Positions 30,341 through 40,712 of a stretch of 64,000 nucleotides of DNA are shown here, one piece after another; position 1 is the stretch's first letter; every line of letters starts with the position of its first letter. The translations under genes and the position numbers were made by a program. The notes beneath the pieces were generated by a model, which searched no databases, was not told the origin of the DNA, and was given only the letters and a program-made list of their open reading frames with translations. Where the stretch lies: the NCBI GenBank assembly GCA_041395385.1, contig JAWLAN010000009.1, positions 110,431 to 174,430 on the forward strand, given 5' to 3'. Source of the DNA: Gammaproteobacteria bacterium. Its GTDB lineage: Bacteria; Pseudomonadota; Gammaproteobacteria; JAJPIJ01.

Positions 30341-32176
30341 TCAGTAGGCCTCCGGCACCCCGCGTGCGGGAGCCGGCGCGGGCTGCGCGCCGGCGCCGCC
30401 GGCATTCTGCTCGTCCTCCTCCTGCTGCTGCAGCTCCCACATCTGGGCGTAGGTCCCCCCGCGGGCGAGCAGCTCGCGGTGGGTGCCACGCTCGATGATC
30501 CGGCCGGCCTCCATGACGAGGATCTGCCCGGCGTCGACGATGGTGGAGAGGCGATGGGCGATGACCAGCGTCGTGCGGTTCTCGGCAATCTCGCGCAGCT
30601 CGGCCTGGATGAGCTTCTCGGTGCGGGAATCCAGCGCCGAGGTGGCCTCGTCGAAGATGAGAATGGCTGGCCGCTTGAGCAGGGTTCGGGCGATGGCCAC
30701 CCTCTGTTTCTCGCCGCCGGAGAGCTTCAGTCCCCTCTCGCCGACCATGGTGTCGTAGCCATCCGGCAGGGTCATCACGAAATCGTGGATATGCGCCGAT
30801 CTCGCCGCCGCGATCACCTCATCATCGCCCGCCTCCGGGTCGCCGTAGGCGATGTTGTACCAGAGCGTGTCGTTGAAGAGCACCGTGTCCTGCGGCACGA
30901 TGCCGATCGCCCGCCGCAGCGATGCCTGCGTGACCGTGCGGATGTCCTGCCCGTCGATGCTGATGCGGCCGCCGCTGACGTCGTAGAACCGGAACAGCAG
31001 GCGCGCGAGCGTGGATTTTCCCGCTCCGCTCGCGCCGACCACGGCCACCTTGTGGCCGGCCGGGACCTCGAAGCTGACGTCGTGCAGGATCTGCCGCTTC
31101 GCCTCGTAGGAGAAATCGACGTGTTCGAAGCGTATCGACGCGCCGGCGAGCGCCAGCGGCGGCGCGCCGGGCTCGTCGTCGACCTCGCGGTGCACCTCGA
31201 GCAGGCCGAAGAGCTTCTCCATGTCGGTGACGGCCTGCTTGATCTCCCGGTACATTACCCCCAGGAAATTCAGCGGCATGTAGAGCTGGATGAGCAGGAC
31301 GTTGACCAGCACGAGATCGCCGATGCTCATGGTCCCGGCGACCACCCCGCGGGCGGCGAGCGCCATCAGCGTGGTCACCGCGCTGGCGATGATGAAGGCC
31401 TGGGTGGAATTGAGCAGCCCGAGGGAGGTGCGGCTCTTCACCGAGGCCTCCTCCCAGCGCTGCAGACTCTCGTCGTAGCGGCGGGTCTCGAAGGCTTCGT
31501 TGCCGAAGTACTTCACCGTCTCGTAATTCAGCAGGCTGTCGATGGCGCGGGTGCTCGCCTTGGAGTCCAGCTCGTTCATGGCGCGGCGGAAGTGCGTGCG
31601 CCACTCGGTTATCACCACCGTGAAAAAGATGTAGCTCGCCAGCGCGAGCAGCGTGATGAGCGCGAACCAGACGCTGAAATTGCGCAGCAGCACGATGCCG
31701 ATGAGCGTGATCTCCACGAACGTGGGGATGATGCTGAAGATGGCGTAGCTCAGCAGCGTGTCGATGCCCTTGGTGCCGCGCTCCACGTCGCGGGTCATGC
31801 CGCCGGTCTGGCGCTCCAGGTGGAAGCGCAGCGACAGCGCGTGCAGGTGGCGGAAGGTCTTCAGCGCGACGTTGCGTATGCTCCGCTGCGCGACGCGCGC
31901 AAACAGGATGTCGCGCAGCTCGCTGAACAGCGTGCTAGACAGCCGCAGCAGCCCGTATCCGGCCACCAGCGAGACCGGCACCGCCAGCAGGGCCTGGCGC
32001 GGGTCCAGGCTGTCGACGATGGCCTTGAGCGTGAGCGGCAGGCCCACGTTGGCGACCTTGGCGATGACCAGACAGCCGAGGGCCAGCAGCAGCCGGGCGC
32101 GGTACTCCCAGACGTAGGGGAGCAGCGATCTCAGCGCCGTCCAGCTGCCGGTCGGGGCGGACCCGGATGTCTTCAC
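30341..32176 (-). CDS. ABC transporter ATP-binding/permease protein (ABCB-type)
   Basis: 611 aa with six N-terminal TM helices and an NBD with Walker A GASGAGKST, signature LSGGEKQR and Walker B ILIFDEATSALD. Confidence 0.8.
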   Translation of the reverse strand: MKTSGSAPTGSWTALRSLLPYVWEYRARLLLALGCLVIAKVANVGLPLTLKAIVDSLDPRQALLAVPVSLVAGYGLLRLSSTLFSELRDILFARVAQRSIRNVALKTFRHLHALSLRFHLERQTGGMTRDVERGTKGIDTLLSYAIFSIIPTFVEITLIGIVLLRNFSVWFALITLLALASYIFFTVVITEWRTHFRRAMNELDSKASTRAIDSLLNYETVKYFGNEAFETRRYDESLQRWEEASVKSRTSLGLLNSTQAFIIASAVTTLMALAARGVVAGTMSIGDLVLVNVLLIQLYMPLNFLGVMYREIKQAVTDMEKLFGLLEVHREVDDEPGAPPLALAGASIRFEHVDFSYEAKRQILHDVSFEVPAGHKVAVVGASGAGKSTLARLLFRFYDVSGGRISIDGQDIRTVTQASLRRAIGIVPQDTVLFNDTLWYNIAYGDPEAGDDEVIAAARSAHIHDFVMTLPDGYDTMVGERGLKLSGGEKQRVAIARTLLKRPAILIFDEATSALDSRTEKLIQAELREIAENRTTLVIAHRLSTIVDAGQILVMEAGRIIERGTHRELLARGGTYAQMWELQQQEEDEQNAGGAGAQPAPAPARGVPEAY

Positions 32177-32194
32177 GGTGGCTCCATCCTGCCT

Positions 32195-32686
32195 CTATTC
32201 GTCAGTCCAGTGACGAAAAGTGGCAGCCTGGCCGACGCGCCTGCCGTCGCGATCGCGCAGATCCCAGATCGTCACGTCGCGGATGCGAAAGCGCCGGCCG
32301 GTGGCGCTGACGCGCACGCCGGAGTAGCCGGTGACGTAGCCCTGCCGGCCGACCTCCTCGAGCACGCGCTGGCGCTCCTGGTGGCAAGCGGCCTCGGCGG
32401 TGTCGCGGGAAGGCGTGCGTACGAAGCGCTCCCACGGCAGCTCCCACAGGGCCAGTGCGGCGCGATTGCCGTAGTTGAGGATGGGCTCGGCGGCGGTGTC
32501 GTGCGAGGCGACCACGAACGGGGCCACGAACAGCCGCTCGGCCTCCTCGAGGGGGTCGCCGCTGCGGGCGATGAGCTCGCCGCCCGTGAGGCGGGCGTGA
32601 CTGTCGAGCAGAACCTGGGTCCAGGGGATGATGACGGTTGGATCGGGCAGATCGATGCGGCCGGAGACGGACATACAGACCGCCAT
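32195..32686 (-). CDS. MEKHLA domain-containing protein
   Basis: 163 aa with the MEKHLA pattern (...FVVASHDTAAEPILNYGNRAALALWELPWERFVRTPSR...SGRRFRIRDVTIWDL...). Confidence 0.7.
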   Translation of the reverse strand: MAVCMSVSGRIDLPDPTVIIPWTQVLLDSHARLTGGELIARSGDPLEEAERLFVAPFVVASHDTAAEPILNYGNRAALALWELPWERFVRTPSRDTAEAACHQERQRVLEEVGRQGYVTGYSGVRVSATGRRFRIRDVTIWDLRDRDGRRVGQAATFRHWTDE

Positions 32687-32819
32687 TGTACCGCCTCCCA
32701 GCCTCCCCGACGGTTCCTCGCCGCTGCCTGGCCCGGCCCGTGCCAGCGGCCGCGGAGGCCGTGCGCACGGTGCCGGAACCGGGGCGTGCCCTCAGGGGCT
32801 GGCCCCGGCGCCGTCGGAT

Positions 32820-33026
32820 CTACTTGAATTCCACCCTGGCGTGCGGCTGGCTGTCGTGATGGGCGCGATCGTGCGCATCGCAGTCGGCCTGGGCCTCGTC
32901 ACCGTTCGTGCGCCACTGCCCGATCCATGCGCCGCTGCCGTCGGCATGCACGGCATAGCACTCGCCGCGGAAGGAGGAAAATCGCATCGTCTGGTCCATC
33001 GGATCATCGGTTTGATCGGTGCTCAT
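32820..33026 (-). CDS. hypothetical small acidic protein (68 aa)
   Basis: ORF preceded by a strong aggaga SD about 6 nt upstream of the ATG. Lies in a 447-bp gap between the MEKHLA gene and mutS. No family assignment. Confidence 0.4.
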   Translation of the reverse strand: MSTDQTDDPMDQTMRFSSFRGECYAVHADGSGAWIGQWRTNGDEAQADCDAHDRAHHDSQPHARVEFK

Positions 33027-33133
33027 GACGGGTCTCCTGTGCTCTGGCTCGACCGTGCGCGTGGAACGGTGGCAAGTGCCGCCTTCTCGCCCGCCCGTGC
33101 CCGGTAGCGGCCCGGTGCGGCGCGATCTTTAGT

Positions 33134-35794
33134 CTAGTCCTCGAGCAGCCCGCGCAGGCGGTAGAGCAGATCGAGCGCCTCGCGTGGGGTGAGCGCGTCG
33201 GGATCGGCGGCGCGCAGCGCCTCGGCCACCCGGGCATGCGGCTGGAACAGCGACATCTGCGGCGTGGAGGCGGGCGCGCCAACGGCGCGCGGCGAGGACT
33301 CGAGGCTCTCCAGGTATTGCCGGGCCCGCTCGATCACCGCGCGCGGGACGCCGGCCAGCAGGGCCACGTGCAGGCCGTAACTGCGGTCGGCGGGTCCTTC
33401 CTTCACCCGGCGCAGAAATACGATCTGATCATGGTGCTCCACCGCGTCGAGGTGCACATTGGCCACGGCCGCGCTCTGCCCGGCGAGCGCGGTGAGCTCG
33501 AAGTAGTGGGTGGCGAACAGCGTCCAGGCGCGGATGTCGTTCGCCAGCGCCTGGGCCGTGGCCCACGCCAGCGCCAGCCCGTCGAAGGTGCTGGTGCCGC
33601 GGCCGATCTCGTCCATCAGCACCAGGCTTTCCGCGGTCGCGTAGTGCAGGATGTTGGCCGTCTCCGTCATCTCCACCATGAAGGTCGATCGTCCGGAGGC
33701 GAGATCGTCGGCCGCGCCGATGCGCGTGAAGATGCGATCGACGGGTCCTATCCGTGCGCTCTGCGCCGGCACGAAGCTGCCCGCGTGGGCGAGCAGCACG
33801 ATGAGCGCGACCTGGCGCATGTAGGTGGACTTGCCGCCCATGTTCGGGCCGGTAATGACCAGCATCCGGCGCGTCTCGTTCAGATCGAGATCGTTGGGGA
33901 TGAACGGCTCGCCGCCGCGTTGTTCGACGACCGGGTGCCGGCCCGCGACGATCGCGAGCCCCGGCCTGGCGTCGAGCTCCGGGCAGGCGAGATTCAACGC
34001 CTCGGCGCGCTCGGCGTAGCAGGCGAGGGTGTCGAGCGCGGCGATCGCCGCGGCACTGTCCTGCAACGGCCGCAGGTGGCCCTGCAGCTGCTCGAGCAGC
34101 GCCTCGTACAGATGCCGCTCGCGCGCCAGCGCGCGCTCGCCGGCGCTCAGCACCTTGTCCTCGTGCGCCTTCAGCTCCGGGGTGATGTAGCGTTCGGCGG
34201 CCTTCAGCGTCTGCCGGCGCTGGTAGCGCTCCGGAACCCGCCCGGCGTGGGCGCGGCTCACCTCGATGTAGAAGCCGTGCACCCTGTTGTAGCCGACCCG
34301 GAGGTTGGCGATGCCGCTGGCGGCGCGCTCGCGCCGCTCGAGCTCGGCCAGGAACTGCCCGGCGTCGCCGCAGAGCGCGCGCAGCTCGTCGAGCTCGGCG
34401 TCATGGCCGGCGGCGATGACGCCGCCGTCGCGCAGCCACAGCGGCGGGGACTCCACGATGGCGCGGGCGAGCAGCTGGTGCAGCCCCGGGAACTCGCCGA
34501 TGTCCTCGTGGATCGCGGTGAGCGCCGGCGCGTCGGCCGCGGCGATGCAGGCACGCAGCGCGGGCAGCGCCGCGAGCGCCTCGCGCAGCTGCGCCAGGTC
34601 CCGCGGCCGCGCCGACTTCAGCGCCACGCGCGCGAGGATGCGCTCGACGTCGCCGAACCGGCGCAGGCACTCGCGCACGCGCGGATGCCAGCCCTCCTCG
34701 AGCAGCGCCTGCACCGCCTGGTGCCGGGCGCGCACGCCGGACGGATCGCGCAGCGGGCGCGTGAGCCAGCGGCGCAGCGTGCGTCCGCCCATGGGCGTGA
34801 CCGTGCTGTCCACGACGGCCACCAGCGTGTTCTGCGGGTTGCCGGCGAGGCTCGCGTCGATCTCGAGGTTCCTGCGGCTGGCGGCGTCGAGCACGATCGT
34901 TTCGCCTGAGTGCTCCACCCGCGGCGGCTTCAGGTGCGGCAACGCCGACTGCTGGGTATCGGCGGCGTACTGCAGGGCCGCGCCGGCGGCCGCGATCGCC
35001 GCGGGCATCGCGTCGCAGCCGAAGCCGGCGAGGTCGCTCACGCCGAACTGCCGCATCAGCGCCCGCCGCGCCGTGTCCGTGTCGAAACACCATGGCGGCC
35101 GCGGCTTCACGCCGCGGCGCGCGATGAGCAGCGGCTGCAGCGGGGAGCCCTCGGCGAGCAGGATCTCGCTCGGCTGCAGGCGCTCGAGCTCGTCGGCGAG
35201 CGCGGACTCGCCATCGAGCTCGCCGAGTATGAACCGCCCGCCGCCGAGATCGATGGCGGCCACGCCGATGCGCCTGCCGGCGCCGTGCAGCGCGGCCAGC
35301 CAGTTGTCGCGCCTGCCCTCGAGCAGCGCCTCGTCGGTCGCGGTGCCGGGCGTGACGATGCGGGTGATCCGGCGCTCCACCGGTCCCTTGCTCGTGGCCG
35401 GGTCGCCCACCTGCTCGCAGATGACGACCGATTCGCCGAGCCGCACCAGCCGCGCGAGGTACTGATCGACCGCGTGCGCCGGCACCCCCGCCATCGGGAT
35501 GGGCTCGCCGGCGGACTGCCCGCGCGCGGTCAGCGCGATGCCGAGCAGGGCCGCGGCGCGCCGGGCGTCCTCGAAGAACAGCTCGTAGAAATCCCCCATG
35601 CGGTAGAACAGCAGCGTCTCCGGATGCTGCGCCTTGAAACCGAGGTACTGCCGCATGACCGGCGTGTGCTCGGCATGGGGCTCCGGCGCCGGGGCCGCGC
35701 CCCCGGGCGGGCGGCGGGCGGACCCTCCGCGGGGACTGCCCCGGGCGGCCGGTTCACCGGAGGGAGGCTTGAATTGGGCGGCCATCGCCCGCAA
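33134..35794 (-). CDS. mutS: DNA mismatch repair protein MutS
   Basis: [35 protein letters not shown], Walker [10 protein letters not shown] and C-terminal domains. Preceded by a roughly 40-aa Ala/Pro/Gly-rich N-terminal extension (start choice 35794 or 35785). Confidence 0.9.
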   Translation of the reverse strand: MRAMAAQFKPPSGEPAARGSPRGGSARRPPGGAAPAPEPHAEHTPVMRQYLGFKAQHPETLLFYRMGDFYELFFEDARRAAALLGIALTARGQSAGEPIPMAGVPAHAVDQYLARLVRLGESVVICEQVGDPATSKGPVERRITRIVTPGTATDEALLEGRRDNWLAALHGAGRRIGVAAIDLGGGRFILGELDGESALADELERLQPSEILLAEGSPLQPLLIARRGVKPRPPWCFDTDTARRALMRQFGVSDLAGFGCDAMPAAIAAAGAALQYAADTQQSALPHLKPPRVEHSGETIVLDAASRRNLEIDASLAGNPQNTLVAVVDSTVTPMGGRTLRRWLTRPLRDPSGVRARHQAVQALLEEGWHPRVRECLRRFGDVERILARVALKSARPRDLAQLREALAALPALRACIAAADAPALTAIHEDIGEFPGLHQLLARAIVESPPLWLRDGGVIAAGHDAELDELRALCGDAGQFLAELERRERAASGIANLRVGYNRVHGFYIEVSRAHAGRVPERYQRRQTLKAAERYITPELKAHEDKVLSAGERALARERHLYEALLEQLQGHLRPLQDSAAAIAALDTLACYAERAEALNLACPELDARPGLAIVAGRHPVVEQRGGEPFIPNDLDLNETRRMLVITGPNMGGKSTYMRQVALIVLLAHAGSFVPAQSARIGPVDRIFTRIGAADDLASGRSTFMVEMTETANILHYATAESLVLMDEIGRGTSTFDGLALAWATAQALANDIRAWTLFATHYFELTALAGQSAAVANVHLDAVEHHDQIVFLRRVKEGPADRSYGLHVALLAGVPRAVIERARQYLESLESSPRAVGAPASTPQMSLFQPHARVAEALRAADPDALTPREALDLLYRLRGLLED

Positions 35795-35837
35795 CTATAC
35801 GGCACCCGACCAAGCAGAAAATAGGGAGTGGTTTGGC

Positions 35838-37715
35838 ATGTCCGTCGACGTCAACAAGCAGACCCTGGGCTTCCAGGCCGAGATCCGGCAGCTGCTCGAT
35901 CTCATGGTGCATTCGCTTTACAGCAATCCCGATATCTTCCTGCGCGAGCTCATCTCCAATGCCTCGGACGCCTCCGAGAAGCTGCGCTTCGAGGCCCTGG
36001 GCAACGAGGCCCTTTACGAGGGTGACACCGATCTCGGCATCACCGTGGAGTACAGCGAGCAGCAGGGCACGATCACCGTGCGCGACAACGGCATCGGCAT
36101 GTCGCGCGAGGAGATCGTCACCAACCTCGGTTCGATCGCGAAGTCCGGCACCCGCGAGTTCTTCCAGCAGCTCACCGGCGACAAGCAGTCCGACACCCAG
36201 CTCATCGGCCAGTTCGGCGTCGGCTTCTATTCCGCCTTCATCGTCGCCGACAAGGTGACGGTGACCACCCGTCGCGCGGGGCTGCCGGCGGAGGAGGGCG
36301 TGCGCTGGGAGTCCGACGGCCAGGGCGAGTACACGGTGCAGGGCGTGCAGCGCAAGAAGCGTGGCACCGAGGTCGTCCTGCACCTGCGCGAGGAGCACAA
36401 GGAGTACCTCAGCGGCTGGAAGCTGCGGCAGATCATCCACAAGTACTCCGACCACATCACGCTGCCGATCCAGATGCCCAGGGAGGGCGAGAAGGAGACC
36501 GGCTACGAGCGGGTCAACTCGGCCACCGCGCTGTGGGTCCGCAACAAGAAAGACATCACGGAGGAGGAGTACAACGAGTTCTACAAGCACATCGCGCACG
36601 ACTTCGAGCCCCCGATGGCGCGCGTGCACACCCGGACCGAGGGCAAGCTCGAGTACACCACGCTGTTCTTCCTGCCCGCGCGCGCGCCGTTCGATCTCTG
36701 GGATCGCGAGGCCAGGCACGGCGGCATCAAGCTCTACGTGCGGCGCGTGTTCATCATGGACGACGCCGAGCAGCTCCTGCCGCGCTACCTGCGCTTCGTG
36801 CGCGGCATCGTCGACACCGCCGACCTGCCGTTGAACGTCTCGCGCGAGATCCTGCAGAAGAACAAGGTCATCGACACCATGCGCGCGGCCTCGGTGAAGA
36901 AGATCCTGGGCCTGATCGAAGGGCTCGGCGCCGAGGATTACGAGAAGTTCTGGAAGACCTTCGGCCGGGTGTTGAAGGAAGGCATCGTCGATGACACCGA
37001 CAATCGCGCGCAGATCGCCAGGCTGCTGCGTTATCCCAGCACGCACGAGGACAGCGAGGAGAAGCCGACCTCGCTCGCCGGCTACGTCTCCCGCATGACG
37101 GCCGACCACGAGGCCATCTACTTCCTCACCGCGGACAGCTTCTCCACGGCCCGCAACAGCCCGCACCTGGAGATCTTCCGCAAGAAGGGCATCGAGGTGC
37201 TGCTGCTGTGCGATCCGATCGACGAGTGGGTCGCGAGCTATCTCACGGAGTTCGAGGGCAAGCCGCTGAAGTCGGTGGCCAAGGGCGCGCTCGACCTCGG
37301 CAAGCTCGCCGACAAGGAGGAAGAGCGCAAGGAGACGCGCGAGGTCAAGGACCTGCTCGGCCGGCTGCGCAAGGCGCTGGAGACGCAGGTGTCCGACGTG
37401 CGCGCCTCCAGGCGCCTGACGAGCTCACCGGCATGCCTGGTCGCCGAGGATCACGGCATGAGCGCGAACCTCGAGCGCATCCTGAAGCAGGTCGGGCAGA
37501 AGGTGGAGAGCAGCAAGCCCATCCTGGAGATCAATGCCGAACACGCGCTGGTGCGGCGCCTGGCCGACGAGCACGACGAGCAGCGCTTCAGCGACTGGGC
37601 CCGGATCCTGTTCGACCAGGCCTTGCTCGCGGAGGGTGGAAAGCTGGAGGACCCGGCGAGTTTCGTGCGGCGGATGAACGAGATGTTCATCGCCATTGCA
37701 GCGGCGAGGACCTGA
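35838..37715 (+). CDS. htpG: molecular chaperone HtpG (Hsp90)
   Basis: Start [45 protein letters not shown] (GHKL ATPase N-terminus). agggag SD. Confidence 0.9.
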   Translation: MSVDVNKQTLGFQAEIRQLLDLMVHSLYSNPDIFLRELISNASDASEKLRFEALGNEALYEGDTDLGITVEYSEQQGTITVRDNGIGMSREEIVTNLGSIAKSGTREFFQQLTGDKQSDTQLIGQFGVGFYSAFIVADKVTVTTRRAGLPAEEGVRWESDGQGEYTVQGVQRKKRGTEVVLHLREEHKEYLSGWKLRQIIHKYSDHITLPIQMPREGEKETGYERVNSATALWVRNKKDITEEEYNEFYKHIAHDFEPPMARVHTRTEGKLEYTTLFFLPARAPFDLWDREARHGGIKLYVRRVFIMDDAEQLLPRYLRFVRGIVDTADLPLNVSREILQKNKVIDTMRAASVKKILGLIEGLGAEDYEKFWKTFGRVLKEGIVDDTDNRAQIARLLRYPSTHEDSEEKPTSLAGYVSRMTADHEAIYFLTADSFSTARNSPHLEIFRKKGIEVLLLCDPIDEWVASYLTEFEGKPLKSVAKGALDLGKLADKEEERKETREVKDLLGRLRKALETQVSDVRASRRLTSSPACLVAEDHGMSANLERILKQVGQKVESSKPILEINAEHALVRRLADEHDEQRFSDWARILFDQALLAEGGKLEDPASFVRRMNEMFIAIAAART

Positions 37716-37794
37716 GGTAACGGGGCCGCCTGGCCGCGCCGAGTCTGGCGGGATCAGGCTTCCGCCGGCCTGCGGCGCGTCACCTTCAACGGCG

Positions 37795-37821
37795 GCGCGC
37801 CATGCTCGGTGCATGGCGCGC
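37795..37821. terminator. perfect 11-bp stem-loop downstream of htpG (terminator-like, bidirectional)
   Basis: gcgcgccatgc-tcggt-gcatggcgcgc, followed by gtcttt. Confidence 0.4.
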
Positions 37822-38511
37822 GCCCAGGATGTCTTTAACGCTTTGCTTCGGTTGCCTTTTTCGTGGGCGTGCCCTTGGCCACGAGCTTCAGGACGGGAGC
37901 CGTCGCAGGTTTGACGTTGGTCGCCGGGATCGTGGCGGACATTGCGTAGAGCCCGCGGAATTGCGTGGCGATCCGCGGTGTGGACTGGTGCTGCATGATG
38001 CCTCCGGAACTTTAAATAACTTTAAAAAACTTCTGTAACGCTATGTTTTCCAAGTTTAGCCAAGCTCCTGTTCTATGGCAAGCTCGGCTTCTACGTATAT
38101 TTTCGGACAGGACCGATGCGAAAGTCGCACCATGGTGCGACGCGTTTTGGCCGGAACGCGACAATCCGCGATGTATTTCCCATCGAGCCTCCCGCGCGCA
38201 GAGGATCTGTCGGGCGGGATCGTCGCGCCGCATGGCCCGTGCGACTTGGGGCTCCCGCATGACGGTGCCGTCCACACCCCCGAGCGAAAGTCGGCCGTGC
38301 CGGTCCCCCGCGCCGCAGCTCGATTTTTGGAGGATAGGCCCTCGCCGGGCCATCCGCGGTGATCCCGATCAGCGTCCCGGCGTCGTTACATGCCGGTGAG
38401 CACGCGCGGCCGGTACGCCGCCCATGTCAGCAGGGGATCGATGAACGCCGGGAGTGCATCCCGCGTACGCGACGCGATGCGCACGGGGTTCTCGGGCATA
38501 ATGCCGGCCCG

Positions 38512-39432
38512 ATGAAACAGGCCTCCCGCAAGCAGCCGCCCTCGACGGCCCGCGAGCTCATCCATTACGGCGAGCGAAAATTCAAGCGCAGCAGGATCTT
38601 CTACGGGCACGGCACGCGCGAGGCGCTGGACGAATCCGTCTACCTGGTGTTGCGCGGGCTGGGGCTGCCGTTCGGGTGCCCGGACGAGGATCTCGACCGG
38701 CCGTTGGCAAAGGAGCAGATCGACCGCGTGCGCGCGTTGTTGCAGCAGCGGATCGACAGCCGCAAGCCGGCGGCCTACCTGCTCAACGAGGCGTACTTCT
38801 GCGGGCTCAGCTTCTACGTCGACGAGCGCGTGCTCATCCCGCGCTCGCCGATCGCGGAGCTGATCGAACAGGGGTTCGGGCCGTGGGTGGAGGAGGCGCG
38901 GGTGCGATCGGTCCTCGACCTGTGCACCGGCAGCGGCTGCATCGCGATCGGATGCGCGCTCGCCTTTCCCGAGGCGACCGTCGTCGGCGCGGACATCTCG
39001 CCGGATGCGCTCGCCGTGGCCGCCATCAATGTCGAACGTCACGCGCTTGGCGGGCGCGTGCGGCTGGTGCAGTCCGATCTCTTCTCGGCGCTGGCCGGCG
39101 AGCGTTTCGATCTGATCGTCAGCAACCCGCCCTACGTGCCGGCCGGCGAGATCGCCGAGTTGCCGGCGGAGTACGCCTTCGAACCGCCGCTGGCGCTGGC
39201 CGCGGGCGACGACGGACTTGCGATCGTCACACGCATGCTCGAGGAGGCGGCCGATCATTTGAGCGCGCAGGGGGTGCTGGTCGTCGAGGTCGGTGATCGC
39301 GAGCAGGCGCTGGCGGAGAAATACCCCGAGGTTCCCTTCACCTGGCTGGAGTTCGAGCGCGGCAGCGGCTACGACGGGGTCTTTCTGCTCGACGCGGCCG
39401 TGTTGCGACAGCACTTCCCGTCCCGCGGCTAA
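38512..39432 (+). CDS. prmB: 50S ribosomal protein L3 N5-glutamine methyltransferase
   Basis: Start at MKQASRKQPP within track ORF 38359..39432. SAM motif (VLDLCTGSGCIAIG) and the catalytic NPPY motif (IVSNPPYV). Confidence 0.85.
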   Translation: MKQASRKQPPSTARELIHYGERKFKRSRIFYGHGTREALDESVYLVLRGLGLPFGCPDEDLDRPLAKEQIDRVRALLQQRIDSRKPAAYLLNEAYFCGLSFYVDERVLIPRSPIAELIEQGFGPWVEEARVRSVLDLCTGSGCIAIGCALAFPEATVVGADISPDALAVAAINVERHALGGRVRLVQSDLFSALAGERFDLIVSNPPYVPAGEIAELPAEYAFEPPLALAAGDDGLAIVTRMLEEAADHLSAQGVLVVEVGDREQALAEKYPEVPFTWLEFERGSGYDGVFLLDAAVLRQHFPSRG

Positions 39433-39460
39433 TAGTCGTTTTGCGGTCCGGCGAAGGCGG

Positions 39461-39765
39461 CCAGCCGGGGCTTGCCTGGCTACCGCTCGCGGTACTTCCG
39501 TGTACCGCTCGCTACCGCGGCGTCGTGCTCGCTGTCCCTGCTGCGCGCGCCGCCGAGGCGCGCCAGGCAAGCCCCGGCTGACCGCCCGAACGTTCGGCAA
39601 ACCCTGATGGCGGCCTCGTGCCGGCTAGAGGGCGACATGCATTTGCGATCACGGCGCGTCGGTGTTCTCCGCCGTGGGCGGCACAACGCCCGGCAGACCG
39701 CCCGAACGCTCGTGAAATCTCCAAAATGGAAGTACCGCGAGCGGTAGCCAAGCAAGCCCCGGCAG
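39461..39765. repeat. REP-like mosaic of inverted and direct repeats (intergenic)
   Basis: Inverted repeats 39478-39499 vs 39728-39749 (22/22) and 39462-39480 vs 39562-39580 (19/19). Direct repeats taccgctcgc (x2) and accgcccgaacg(t/c)tcg (x2). Shares the 15-mer ccgcgagcggtagcc with 61805-61819. Confidence 0.7.
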
Positions 39766-39831
39766 AGCGCTATTGCCCACGCCCCGCTTCCGTCATGTGA
39801 AGAAAACAGTTGTCGACAGCTGGGCGGCGCG

Positions 39832-40593
39832 TCAGTGCGGGGCGAGGCCGCGCGGCTTATATAACCGCACGGCATTGTTGTACAGCGCGTTCTCGGCGAC
39901 GGCCGCGTCGAGCGCGTCGCGCAGGCGCCTGATGTCAGCGGGCTCGAAGGGGCGCGGTGCGCGCGTGGACGGCAGGTCGGTGCCGAACAGCAGCGCGTGC
40001 GGGTTGATGCTGGCAATCTCGCGCACCACCGGCACCGGGTCGAAGTCCAGCCGCCCGAAGCCGGAGGCCTTCACCTGCACGCCGCGCTCAACCAGCTTGT
40101 AGATGCAGCTCAGTCCCGCGCGCGACAGGCCGAGATGGTCAATGATCACCCGTGGCAGTCCGAGCAGCGTGCGCAGCAGATCGGGCAGTTCGCCGCCGTC
40201 GATGTACAGCTCCACGTGCCAGCCGGCCAGCGCGTGCACCCGGCGCGCGAGCGTGGGCAACTGCGAGATGTCCGCGGACCCGCCGCGGCGGATGTTGAAG
40301 CGTATCGCCCGCACTCCGGCCGCGTTCAAACGCAGGATCTCCTCGTCGCCCACTTCGGGCGGCAGCTGCGTGACGCCGACGAAGTTGGGGCCCAGCGCAT
40401 CGAGGGCGGCCAGCAGGTAGCTCTGGTCGAATCCCTGGAACGAGGCGGAGACGACCGCCCCGCCGACGATGCCGAGCGGGCGCGTGCCCTCGCGGTAATC
40501 CCCGGAGGTGTAGGCGTCGGGCAGGTAGCCCTGGTTCACGACCAGCGGGAAGGCCGGGTCGATGATGTGCAGGTGGCTGTCGAAGATCATCAT
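39832..40593 (-). CDS. amidohydrolase-2 family metal-dependent hydrolase (TIM barrel)
   Basis: Start MMIFDSHLHI (metal-binding HxH) and a conserved Asp/His pattern of the amidohydrolase-2 family. Confidence 0.65.
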   Translation of the reverse strand: MMIFDSHLHIIDPAFPLVVNQGYLPDAYTSGDYREGTRPLGIVGGAVVSASFQGFDQSYLLAALDALGPNFVGVTQLPPEVGDEEILRLNAAGVRAIRFNIRRGGSADISQLPTLARRVHALAGWHVELYIDGGELPDLLRTLLGLPRVIIDHLGLSRAGLSCIYKLVERGVQVKASGFGRLDFDPVPVVREIASINPHALLFGTDLPSTRAPRPFEPADIRRLRDALDAAVAENALYNNAVRLYKPRGLAPH

Positions 40594-40712
40594 GTTTCTG
40601 CCCCCCGCCTCCACCATGCCTGACCTATGGCCCGTGTCGCGTCGCCCGCGGTCGTCGAGGACCGCTGGTCACCATCCCGAAGGATAACCCGAATCACCGG
40701 CGAGCCGCCCGC

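Noticed and set aside
30479-32827. 782-aa + strand ORF antisense to the ABCB transporter and MEKHLA genes
   Set aside because: Shadow ORF overlapping two confidently assigned - strand genes.
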